DNA of 63,782 nt, filler included, from Nemertoderma westbladi (lineage: Eukaryota > Animalia > Xenacoelomorpha): the NCBI GenBank assembly GCA_032718475.1. It is 3 parts of 3 records of this genome, joined end to end, with 100 filler letters (N's around TTAATTAATTAA, not from the genome) between each part and the next. Parts side by side here need not be neighbours in the genome. Positions count along the whole stretch, not along the records: positions 28,461 to 57,259 come from JAUCBJ010002836.1; positions 57,360 to 63,782 come from JAUCBJ010002085.1; 1 more part is not named here. One strand, 5' to 3'. Of this stretch, positions 53,138 to 63,782 are shown one piece after another. Position numbers and translations under genes: made by a program. The notes beneath the pieces are model-generated. The model ran no database searches, was not told the DNA's origin, and was given only the letters and a program-made list of their open reading frames with translations. The first letter of the stretch is position 1. Each line of letters begins with the position of its first letter.

Positions 53138-54499
53138 TTAGTGTGATACTTCGAGGAGGTAACACTTATTGACTGGTCGACGGTAAACCTTCCCTGAAGC
53201 CTTCCGTAGACTCACGGTGCAAACGTGACCCTCCTCGCTGGCGTGGGTCCTGACCACACGAGCCATATCCCAGTCTCCCTTCTGTAATGTGTCATCAGAC
53301 ACGATGACAAGGTCTCCCAACTGTAGACCGCGGTACTCTTTGTTCCACTTTCTCCTCTGTCTCAACGTGGGTAAGTATTCTCGTACCCAACAAATCCAAT
53401 ACTTGTTCTTACACCGCTGAGCAACAATATATGGGTTACGTAGATCTCCCTCGCTGATCTCTCCTAATGGGTTTCTGACAGTTACTGGGCCTACACCCAA
53501 CAAGTGGTTCGGTGTGAGGGCCTCCAGTGATTTCGGGTCATCGGTGGTAGCAACCAGGGGTCGTCCGTTAACTATGGTTTCGACCTCGGCGAAGATGGTT
53601 CTCATCGCATCCTCTGTTACTATGTGACTGTGTGTAATGGCCTGAATGTGGCGTTTCACCACGCCCACCATAGCCTCCCAAACGCCGGACATGTGAGGGG
53701 CATAGGGTGTGTGAAACGACCACTCGATTCCCAGTTCTTGGGTATTTTCTACCATCCCCTTGACAAAGGCCTGTTGTGCTCCTTGTAGTTCATGTTCAGC
53801 ACCAACGAAGTTGGTTCCGTTGTCCGAGGAGATCTTCTTCGGTTCACCTCGGCGCGCGATAAAGCACCGCAATGCGTTGAGAAACGCCGCTGCTGAAGCA
53901 TCTGGTACTAGTTCGAGTGCTATAGCCCGCATGGCGTAGCAGACGAATATTATTCCATACCCCTTTCGCATGGTCTTGAGTACTCGTCGAGTCCATCGAA
54001 CGTATAAATCGATGGGGCCGAACATATCCACCCCTGTATGGTGGAACGGTACGAGTCCCGCCGTTACCCTGTCTTTCGGTAGTGGCGCCATCAGCTGTTC
54101 TAGCCGTCTATGCCATATCTTCTTACTTTTAATGCAACCGCTGAGGATCTTCCTCATGCTCTGTCTGAGTCCGGTAGCGGTGAAGCGTTTACGCACCGCC
54201 ACAATCGTCGCATCCTTACCCCCATGCGCGATATCACAGTGTGTCTGCCACACCACTTGGTTTAGGGCTGTGGAGCCCGCCGGTAATATCATGGGCTGGC
54301 TTGCCACTATGAAATCCTTGGCGTTTGCCAACTGGGCCACGGATGCTACCATGATACCATCCTCCAACTGGGGTGCTAACTTCCGTAGCGGACTGCCCTT
54401 CTGTACAGGCTTACCCTCCCTGAGCCTCCTCCACTCCTCGGGGTAGGCCCGGGCCTGTACATAGGTCACTACCATCCTCTCTGCCTCCTGTAGAGGCAA
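53138..54499 (-). CDS. BEL/Pao integrase with C-terminal DUF5641-like domain (part of a broken pol)
   Basis: HCDIAHGG...CIKS (decayed HHCC), GVDMFGP, SDNGTNF, GVWEAMV (DDE), LTPNHLL, WVREYLPTL, GDLVIV, YRRPVNK. Confidence 0.92.
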   Translation of the reverse strand: MPLQEAERMVVTYVQARAYPEEWRRLREGKPVQKGSPLRKLAPQLEDGIMVASVAQLANAKDFIVASQPMILPAGSTALNQVVWQTHCDIAHGGKDATIVAVRKRFTATGLRQSMRKILSGCIKSKKIWHRRLEQLMAPLPKDRVTAGLVPFHHTGVDMFGPIDLYVRWTRRVLKTMRKGYGIIFVCYAMRAIALELVPDASAAAFLNALRCFIARRGEPKKISSDNGTNFVGAEHELQGAQQAFVKGMVENTQELGIEWSFHTPYAPHMSGVWEAMVGVVKRHIQAITHSHIVTEDAMRTIFAEVETIVNGRPLVATTDDPKSLEALTPNHLLGVGPVTVRNPLGEISEGDLRNPYIVAQRCKNKYWICWVREYLPTLRQRRKWNKEYRGLQLGDLVIVSDDTLQKGDWDMARVVRTHASEEGHVCTVSLRKASGKVYRRPVNKCYLLEVSH

Positions 54500-54523
54500 C
54501 CTGACGGGTATGGTCTTGGTTAT

Positions 54524-57213
54524 TCAGTACTTGGCTAAGGCTATGAACCAAGCCACCCTGTGAATCATCCTCCACGTTGAGGACTTGTCTATGATATTAT
54601 CAATCCGAGGGTCTCTGACCACCGGTGTGATTACCATGGTGCACACCCGGACCTCTGGGTCTGCTTTCAGAAGCTCCAGTGCATTGGCCTCTGGAAACGA
54701 AGGCCAGTCTATCCTGCTATCCTGTTGGGTAAGAAAGCCGGCCTGTGTTGCCACAGATCCTCTTTCTGTTCGAATGGGACCTCTAGGCTCCCCCTCGATA
54801 CAAGGTCAGCCGCCATGTCCCCGTTTGGAAAGTAAGGCCGTGGGATAATGAGACGGGATATTCGTTCCAGGCTCATTAACCAGGCATTCCACCTTTCGGC
54901 CATCTTGGCAGACACCGGAGCGTCCCACGATCCATTGTCTAAAGTCACCTCCCTCAGAATCTGTTTTCCTACAAGTATGTTTGGTTCCACAAGGCCCAGT
55001 GGGTCATATATCCGTGAAATGAAAGACAAGTAGGCCCTCCTCGTATGTACCACCTGAAGAGGTGCCTTAAACTTGTATTCTAGAACGTCTGAGGCTTTCT
55101 CCCAAGAAATGCCCAGTACCCGAGAGTCTGGCTTACTCGGGTCTGATGTAACCAGTGCCGGGGTGGTCTCCGGGTTGGTAGTGTCTGGTGGGATGTATGA
55201 GGCTGGCTGCCCCATATCTCCCCCCAGGAGGTCACCATTGTCATCGTCCGTGCTCAGGTCTGATACCTTTCCCTCTACCTTGTCCATCGCATACATGAAC
55301 TTGGTCGAGTTGGAGCGGAACTTGGTAAGGTTGAAACTGCCCGTGGAAAGGCAGTCGCGAGCCGTAGTGGCCAGCTGGATGAGGTCAGCCTCGGAGTTAC
55401 CCGACTTCATCCGATCCACATAAAAATCGTTTGTTATAAAGTCTCTCACTGGCGGAGCCACTGACTCACTCGTTGTAGTGTGTCGTAGTGCTGTGGTGGC
55501 CACACACGGAGAACACTTAGCCCCAAAGATGTGTACCAACATCTGGTACACCTCCAGCGTTGTGCCCAACTGATCCCCACTATACCACAAGAAACGCTGG
55601 CTGTCCGCGTTGTCTTCATAAACGAAGACCTGGTGAAACATGGCCTCTATGTCACATGGGAAGGCGTAGAGGCCCATGCGGAACCTTAGCAGGATGTCAA
55701 CCCCGCTATTGAAAACATTGGGTCCCTCTAATAAGTAGTCATTAAGCGATTTACCCAAGTATTTCGCCGCTGCGTCGTTGACCAATCGCAGCTTGGATGC
55801 CCCTTTGGTAACGTGTAGGGGCAAATAGTAAGTTCGAGGTGACTCGGGTGCCCCCACCATCAGTTTACGGGCCCACCCTTTGTCGATATACTTCTTAATC
55901 TGTTTCTCAACAAATTCGTGTTTGTCAGGATGTTTAGTCAATCAGTTTGAGTCGGTTAAGTCTCATCTCCGCCATAGTTCTATTGTTAACCAAGGGTACT
56001 GCTCGATCTTTCCAAAGCATCGGAGCTGAGTAATGTCCGCCGCCCAAGACCATCTCCCTGTTCAATACATCGGTCGATATCTTCTCCGCCTGGGAGGCAC
56101 CCACAGCCGGGTATATAAGCCCTCGGTGTCTATATCATATGTCATTTGACAAATGTCATATATCATATATCATATGACATATCTATATCATGTCGCATCT
56201 GGTTTCTTCCTCCCATCCTCGGACCTCCTCCAATGTGAGTTCCGGAGACTCGGCGGGGTCCCCTTTCCCGGCCACGGTGAAGACCGGTCTGGCCAGCCCC
56301 ACGCTGTGTCTGTCGGGCTGCTCGTCGATGTCTTTTACGGGTCCAGTCATACACCAACCATATGGGGTTAGCATGACCTGAGGCTCCCTTTCGGGGTCTG
56401 GTCCTTCGGTGGTAGGTTGCAGTAGCCGGTGAGAACCTGGGCAATCTATACCAATAAGTACTGATACATAGGGTATGTCCAGGTCATCGGGTATGTTAAA
56501 GTTCAGTCCCCGGGCGTATGTATATTGTTGAATTTCTTCGGCCGAGTGCCGGTCTGCCGGTACGTTGAGCTCGGGTAGAACCCGAGCCTCAATAAGGTCC
56601 GATTTGTATTGGGAATATGTCACAATAGATTTTAGTCGACATAGATTAGGTTGTACGCTACATCTCTATCTGGATTGGCGATGGTACAGAGTTGCATAAA
56701 TGCCTTCAATCATTTGACTTGAAGGCGGTCTGCAACCACTCTGTCCATCATCGTTATCGCCGAACCTCCGTCTAAGAGCCCCAAAGTGGTTACCTGCTGA
56801 CCACGGTTATCACATACCGCCAACGCGACGATCCTCAGGTACACATAGGTTTTAATCTTCGGTGGTTTCCGTAACCTCTGTCTCATGGGAAAGACAGGGA
56901 AGGCCACCTGTTTATCGGCCACCCTCTCCCCCGCTGTCCTATTATCCGCATGTTTATGCGACTGTTGCTCGGTGTACTCACTGTCCCCCTCCGTGTTCTT
57001 ACTATCGTATGGGCATTCCCGCCCAGAGTGTCCTGTTCGAGCACAAGTCCAACACATGTGATGCTTCTTAGCATACGCCTTGTGTGTGTTGGCATCCATC
57101 TTCTGCAAATTTCTGCACTCAATCGTTCTGTGAGAGGTTCCCCCATGGAACTGGCAATACCTTTCCTCGTTGAAAGGGAACTCCCCGATGTCCATAAAAA
57201 AGACATCCTTCAC
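54524..57213 (-). pseudogene. Frameshifted BEL gag knuckles, protease, RT and internally deleted RNase H
   Basis: CWTCARTGHSGREC; LLDGGS; VLIG.D...TPYGW; YYLPLHV..KLRLVNDA; DIEAMFHQV; FGAKCSP; FYVD; YDPLGL; IPRPY joined directly to AADLVSRG. Confidence 0.9.
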
Positions 57214-57259
57214 CCATTTCCCACTTCCCCTTCTCGCTGTGGGTGGGGTGCTTCCTCTC

Positions 57260-57359
57260 NNNNNNNNNNNNNNNNNNNNNNNNNNNNNNNNNNNNNNNNN
57301 NNNTTAATTAATTAANNNNNNNNNNNNNNNNNNNNNNNNNNNNNNNNNNNNNNNNNNNN
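57260..57359. other. Assembly gap with TTAATTAATTAA linker
   Basis: Same 100-bp artificial linker as the first gap. Confidence 0.97.
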
Positions 57360-58034
57360 AATTTTTTTTTGTGAAAAATAGCTTTACTTGAAAATTACTT
57401 GTCTAGAACAAATTTTTGACCTTCTGACAGTAAGATTGTACTGTAGCTATAAATTTTCATTTTGTGTTAGCTTAGTACCTTTTATTAGCTAGTGCAACAA
57501 TAAAAATTGAAAATTGGAAAAAAAAATTTCTTGTGAAAATTACTTTTATCATTGCTTTTTTATTTATTAGCTACTGTAGCTACCATAAATTTTACTAGCT
57601 ATCCTGATAATTTAATTGAAAAATCATAATTAAAAATAAATTATTTTATTCATCTTTTACACGTAATACAGTATATCCATTCCATGCTTTTTAATGCATG
57701 CTGTTCTTGTACCAGATAGTGGCGCACTTTGACCGCTAGCGAAAATCGTGATCTTCTGCGCAAATTGACCGCAAGTGAAATAATGGGCCTATAGTTTATT
57801 GTTTTGGTTAGAAAATACTGCCACTGTAACCTGCTCCTTTCCCTTAATGTTTTTATTTAAATTAAATTAATTTTTCAAACCCACTAAAATGTGATTTTGT
57901 GTTTGCGGTCAATCCGCGCCATTGACTCTCTGGTACATATCCAAAAAATAAATTATCAAAAACTAGACAGTAGATAAAATTTGGTGAGGTGTGTACGCAT
58001 ACTGAACCGAACCAGTACCCATCATCATCATAAT

Positions 58035-58520
58035 GTTTTTTATGTACCCACAATAGCCGCTTGAGGTCTGATGACCTCATTTACAAGCGGGTTGTGGTAA
58101 GGCATGTATAACATTAAAGTGATATACAGAAGTACAATTTTACCGGTAAATTAAATAAAATAAACAAAAAGTTTAAGAGTTAGATCCGTAATGTAAAATC
58201 TGGATTTTTCTATTCGTTAAATCGTTATATCGTCATATTTTCTTCGAGCCATTTTTTGCAGTTAACTGCAAACGACTTCAGTGAACGAGATTCGACCAGT
58301 GTGTTAGGAATTTTGTTCCATAACACGCTGGCAGAGTAACTGAAGGTCTTCTGAGTGGCACTGAGGTGGGTTTGTGGCAAGATAACGCGATGTGTGGTGG
58401 CGTGGCGGGTTGGGTAATTGTGAGATTCCGAAGCGAGTTGGAACGATTTAATTAGATAATTCGGCGCAGTTTTGTTAACAATTCGATATGCTAGTTTCAA
58501 CTGGTTGAGCATCACCATTT
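58035..58520 (-). mobile_element. 5'-truncated CR1/L2 (Crack-like) LINE 3' end
   Basis: ORF2 C-terminus Y+I....AP.YL...HNY.TR...F.Y....LWN.+P...F...K, plus a 3' UTR stem-loop (ccgcttg-gaggtc/gacctc-aagcgg). Confidence 0.75.
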
Positions 58521-59851
58521 TCCTTACGCACTAATTAACCCACTAATTAACAGTCATACTACCCAAGTTGCTCTAAAAGTTGCCGGCCAAGTTGCTCGTA
58601 AAGTTGCGGGCAAAGTTGCCACGTGTAAACATCGATTAAATTAAGTTGCTCCAAAAAATGTTGCTGGTTGCCGAGAAAGTTGCTCTAAAAGTGGCCACGT
58701 GTATACAGGCCTTTAGGAATTCCCCTTAGTACTGTAGAAAGGACAAGTAAACAGAATACACATTAAAATTATCCAATATTATAATAAATTCCTGTAAATT
58801 ATAAATATTAAATGACTACTCTCCATTATAAATACACAATAAAATAGTTCACGTTGAGATCAACGCCTTGCCTTCTAAATAAAGTTGAGATACAAAATAC
58901 ACAAGTTATCACTGGAGTTCTGCTCGTGTTCCTGCAGCGCAGACTGTAGTTTGTTTGTTTGTGGCTGGCAGGGTTTGTGGCAAGAATGTTGGGACGCTAA
59001 TACAGTCGTAATAAGTCGGTCAATCATGGATGAAATGGTACCGAACTTAGTACATATGTAGTCTATCAATAGTTAAGAAATTCTACACACAGACAGACTT
59101 CTATAGTTCCTCTGTCTGCCGCTAGGAGGCGAATTGACAGAAACGTAAAAATAGCTGTACTGTAATTATAGAACCAACCATCAGATTCATCTGAAATTTG
59201 GTAGTAGTAACCTACGAGCATTGCTTAATTAGAAATTCTACACACAGACAGACTTATACAGTTCCTCTGTCTGCCGCTATGGGGCGAATTGTCAGAGGTC
59301 CAGTTCATCGTGCTTAGCACGGTTTAATACAAATATATAAAGAGGGGGGATATTCGAACCGTCCTTATACTGGACTGGAGTACCTGTCATGTCATCCTGT
59401 AGGCATATTACCAATTGCGGTGTCGTTTCAGCCTATTTTAACATAATTAACTATATTTCGCAAATATTTAATTTCGATATTCACCATTTAAGGTACCTTT
59501 TAGATGAAATTAAGCAAAAGCAAACAGTCGGCCGATATTTTTAAAATAATTATTGTATAAATTATGTAGGTGCACACCAAGCCCTTTTGTTTTGAGATTA
59601 TAGTTGGCTGGTTGGCTGGTCTGATCAGAGCAGAATTTATTTCAAAATCAGATTATTGTTTTGTTTGTATCAGTATTGTATACCGATACGGTAACTAGTT
59701 GTTAGCTTGTTACAATGGGGCGGGGCCTAGTACAGTAGTAGGACCACTTGTGTAGTTGTAGTACTTTAGTACAGTAGTGTAAAACACAAGTGCCCTGTTC
59801 AGCTGTTGTAGCTGAAGTCCTGAAGATATCAAACTGTCAGAGGACAGGAGG

Positions 59852-60343
59852 ATGACGTCCGGAAGTTCCGAATCGGTAAACAAACTCCCGGATTGTCGGA
59901 TTTTACGAGAACTAGAACGCTCGGCCCATCGACCGCTATCGAACGCCACCTTCCAGCCTACATCGGAATCGAATCTCCTCGAATTATCTGCGACTATTAT
60001 TGGCGCTGACGGAACTCCGTTCAACCGCGGTTCCTTTAAACTTCGCGTCGATATACCGCCACAATACCCCTTCCAACCGCCAAACATCGTCTTCCTAACC
60101 CGTATTTACCACCCGAATATAGACGACAATGGCCGCATATGTCTGGACATTCTCAAAGCCCCGCCTGTAGGCTGCTGGAAGGCTTCATATAATATCACCT
60201 CGGTGCTCACTTCCATACAACTGTTGATGGGTGAACCCAATGTGGATGACCCACTGATGCCGGGAATAGCCAACGAGGTCAAGATTAACTACCAACAGTA
60301 TCTGAAAACAGCTAAATTGTGGACTGAGAAATATGCGATGTAG
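59852..60343 (+). CDS. UBE2T: Ubiquitin-conjugating enzyme E2 T-like, intronless, 163 aa
   Basis: Complete UBC fold: YPFQPP, IYHPNID..GRICLD (catalytic Cys), and the UBE2T-typical LKxPPxGxW and VLTSIQLLMxEPNxDDPLM...WTEK. Confidence 0.88.
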   Translation: MTSGSSESVNKLPDCRILRELERSAHRPLSNATFQPTSESNLLELSATIIGADGTPFNRGSFKLRVDIPPQYPFQPPNIVFLTRIYHPNIDDNGRICLDILKAPPVGCWKASYNITSVLTSIQLLMGEPNVDDPLMPGIANEVKINYQQYLKTAKLWTEKYAM

Positions 60344-61682
60344 TATCTGTAGTACCGGTAACCGATGAAGAATTCCATACAAACTAGGCCTCCGTATCCT
60401 GGATACTGGGATACGAAGGCGACCTTTCGGCCCCACCCCCTACCGGTACCGAGACTAAACGAACTGGTCTAGGGTTCGTCATCTTTGATAAAGGGTTCGC
60501 GTTGAGTATATTCGGGATAATAAAGCTAGTCATAGTACTTCTCTGTATCCTAGCCGCCATCTGTGTATCAACTAATTATACCTACTACGGGAGTTCCCAG
60601 TCGGGATGGAGTGCACTGAAGGGTTGAAGGGTTTTCTATCGGAATCATATACCTCGTTTACTACGTAAACTTACGATGTCCCTGGATATTTTCGGAGTTA
60701 AAACTAAAATGACTTTAATGACTAAAATAACTAAAATTATTATTGCTGTGTTGTGGATTCCGCAATCAACAAACGTAAAAAAACTTATCAGGATAATTCC
60801 TTGTCAACTCCCACGCCATCCCTAGTCCAGAGGTAATTAATTTTTACCCCCCCCCCCCCCCCCCCCATCTCCTTCTTTGGCGCATTCTTAGTATCACAAA
60901 TATCCAAATGTTTAATCGCATGGCTTTTTATAGTGATGATTGACTTAATGATGTGCAATGTAATAACTTAGAAATATACATCTCAGACTATGTATTGTTC
61001 TTTCATTTTGATTTTATATTATAATAGTTTTTTTATTGTATTAATTATTTTTTTAAAGGTTTCACCGGAACAGAAATGTATTGATTATATATAATTAATA
61101 TTTCAGTAATCAAGAAAGTTATCGAAAGTCAATAAAACGTGCGAATACCTGTCTGCCAATCTGTCAAAATGAAAGACAGACAGACATACAACCGACCGAC
61201 GGACAGACTAGATTATACCAAAAGTTAAAACTAACACTGGAAATGAAATCGGCGACCACGAAAACCCACATAAATATAATTTTAGCTCTCTAGTAAATCT
61301 AGTAAATACAATTTAACTCAGAGAGTATAAAAAACTACAGAGCTATTATTACTTCGTTCTATTTTTCAATTTGCACCTTATTTAATTTAATTTTCATATT
61401 TAACTATTTACATACTTTGTGTGTAATGTAATGTAAAGTAGCACTTTACAGTGTGATGATCCGAGTGGCTTTGTTACACGAACGAACGTTAGTGAGTGAG
61501 TGAAAATAAAGCCACGAGGATCAGAACACTGTAAAGTACTTTGCAACAAGTATATATGTAGTTTAATTCCAAAATTTTAACATTGCGAAATGATTGTATA
61601 TATATTATAAGTGATAGAAACTGCACAAATTATATTAGTTGCTGTATAAATAAATGTAAAAATGACATAAATTATGTTATAA

Positions 61683-62232
61683 ATACATTTTATTATAAGA
61701 AGGGATCTAGGGGTCTTAACCTCGAATGATAAGTTTATTTTACCGAAAATAACTTATCTTTTATTGGCGCAATTGTAGGACTAATCCCATCACATGCGTA
61801 CTTTTTAACCTGGTAGTGTACAAATTTAGGAATCGCGTAATTTTTCTTGAATTAATATCTCATATCTCTCCAAACCACGTACGCGTTTCGACCTTACTGG
61901 GCAGCTGTCTTTGAAATTAATACTCCATATCTCAAGAACCTGTGGCCTAGTGGTTGTAGTCTCGGCTTCCGCCTCGAGGTCCCAGGTTCGAATCCGACAC
62001 CACGCTGATGAGACCCAGTAAGGTCGAAACGCGTACGTGGTTTGGAGAGATATGAGATATTAATTTCAAGAAAAATTACGCGATTCCTAAATTTGTACAC
62101 TACCCGGTTAAAAAGTACGCATGTGATGGGATTAGTCCTACAATTGCGCCAATAAAAGATAAGTTATTTTCGGTAAAATAAACTTATCATTCGAGGTTAA
62201 GACCCCTAGATCCCTTCCTATAATAAATGTAT
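61683..62232 (+). mobile_element. Inverted-repeat element carrying a tRNA-like promoter and a hammerhead ribozyme (Penelope/retrozyme-like)
   Basis: ~220-bp near-perfect inverted arms (61683-61901 and 62014-62232). The spacer holds A box TGGCCTAGTGG (61943) and B box GGTTCGAATCC (61985). Confidence 0.8.
61999..62041 (+). ncRNA. Minimal type I hammerhead ribozyme
   Basis: Stem I ACCACG/CGTGGT, core CTGATGA, stem II GACC-cagtaa-GGTC, GAAA, palindromic minimal stem III (ACGCGT), cleavage triplet GUA (cut after 62035). Confidence 0.88.
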
Positions 62233-63782
62233 AATAACAAACACCTCGAAAAATACAGCTTGCCAACACATTGTTACTATATGTTATAAATAAGTTCGCT
62301 TATATATTTATGGTGGCGTTTGGAGCCATGTTATAATAATATAGCTAAGGCCCTACTTGTTATTAATAGATATACCCCGCCTACCGGTAGGTAATGCAGT
62401 AGGCCTATCTGGCAAATTTCCACCTATTGTTTACGTGGCATCCAATGGCGGCGTTAAGTAATGTCCCGTTAGTGGACATTACTTAACGCCGTCATGGGTT
62501 ACGACGTAAACAATAACACCAAATACAATACTAAATGTACAGGCCAATACAATGCTGTAATGTCCTCTAAAGTTGTAAAGTGCTAAATAACAACTAGCTG
62601 TTAATACTAACGGCGTTGAGTAATGTTACAATTTTGGAATAATAACTTTTAACAATATCAATCCATTATATCAAATATCAAATCGGCTTAGCGCGTAGCT
62701 AATGGTGCAAAAATATAGTTTCAAAATATTAGTTAAATATTATTAATCCAAAATTGTAACATTACTCAACGCCGTTAGTATTAACAGCGAGTTGTTATTT
62801 AGCACTTTACAACTTTAGAGGACATTACAGCATTGTATTGGCCTGTACATTTAGTAGGCCTATTCTATTGGTGTATTATTATTTATGTAATGTCCTGACG
62901 GCGTGACCTTAAAATCACGCCGTCATGGTAGCCACATAAACAATAGTTCGAATTTATTATTAATTACCTGACACACAGATAGGCCTACTGTATTACTTAC
63001 CGGGAGCTATTAATAAGCCGTAGCTATAAACTATTAACACGTCTCCAAACGCCACCATAACTATAAGCTAACTTTGTAACGTAATTTTATGTCAATTTTA
63101 CATTTATTTATATCGCAACTAATTTAATTTGTGCAGTTTCTATCACTTATAATGTATATATACAATTATTTCGTAATGTTAAAATTTTGGAATAAAACTA
63201 CATACATACTTGTTGCAAAGTACTTTACAGTGTTCTGATCCTCGTGGCTTTATTTTCACTCACTCACTAATGTTCGTTCGTGTAACAAAGCCACTCGGAA
63301 CATCACACTGTAAAGTGCTACTTTACATTACACACAAAGTATGTAAATAGTTAGTAGCCAAAAGTAGCAGTAATGTGCGCCATCTTGTAGACAGTGCAGG
63401 TATTGTTATATTGAACCATTTATTTTTCTCTGTGTCATGTCATTAGGACCTGAAATCACCCCCCCCCCCCCTCCCCCTCCACTCCCCGCTCCAGTTCTGT
63501 TCATATAGGTACCATAGCTGATTGTGAAAAAAGTGTTGATATATAATCAAATCCGGCTTTGGCCGGAATTCCGGCCGGATGTTTTTTACAAATCCGGTTC
63601 CGGCTGGCCGGTTTGAAAATGGGCAATCCGCACATCCCTAGTTCATATCTGTTATATTTACACAAGTGTACAAAGTTTAGTACTACTGTAGTTCACAGAT
63701 TTCATACAGGCGGAAATAAACAACATGACTATATCATAAATATATGCAATTCCTCTTGACCCTGGGTGATGTGACGGTGGGG

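Larger units (their letters stand above)
50795..57259 (-). mobile_element. Second, decayed BEL/Pao LTR retrotransposon (gag end to 3' LTR); 5' part lost in the gap
   Basis: Order Zn knuckle-PR-RT-RH-IN-extra ORF-repeat-PPT (gggaaggg)-TGTAAG at 51146. The LTR far end (50795, GAACA) is a guess. Confidence 0.85.
61401..63353. mobile_element. Foldback/long-TIR non-autonomous element
   Basis: 61401-61680 plus 62233-62638 is the reverse complement of ~62747-63353 (near perfect at the outer and inner ends), with a ~110-bp spacer. The left arm is interrupted by 61683-62232. Confidence 0.85.

Noticed and set aside
58050-58100. CTGATGA within a hairpin as a second hammerhead
   Set aside because: No GAAA or stem III. 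It is the 3' stem-loop of the LINE fragment.
61936-62004. Functional tRNA gene
   Set aside because: A and B boxes are present but there is no proper acceptor or anticodon stem, and it runs directly into the ribozyme.

Overview
AT-rich, repeat-dense animal (probably invertebrate) genomic DNA, with two 100-bp scaffold gaps (28361-28460, 57260-57359). Host genes: the probable terminal exon of CHAF1A (CAF-1 p150; minus strand, 13521-15255, with a long Gly-rich repeat tail, flanked by 30-bp and 49-bp satellites) and an intronless UBE2T-like E2 gene (59852-60343). The rest is mostly nested transposons: three related ~1.2-kb LTRs of a large BEL/Pao family (one with a gag-protease ORF of about 1490 aa, inserted into a decayed LINE), a second decayed BEL/Pao element, a Merlin/IS1595-like transposase remnant, an L2/Crack-like 3' end, many MITEs, a foldback element and Helentron-like elements. 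Main leads: (1) both BEL families appear to carry a 3' accessory ORF with a DEDDy (WRN/EXD2/Mut-7-like) 3'-5' exonuclease, followed in one copy by CCHC knuckles; (2) the 3' ~700 nt of the three diverged LTRs show base-pair covariation, suggesting a large conserved RNA structure, and no tRNA PBS is visible; (3) a tRNA-like Pol III promoter is fused to a minimal hammerhead ribozyme inside a Penelope-style inverted repeat (61683-62232). All protein family calls come from motif recognition by eye, not database searches.
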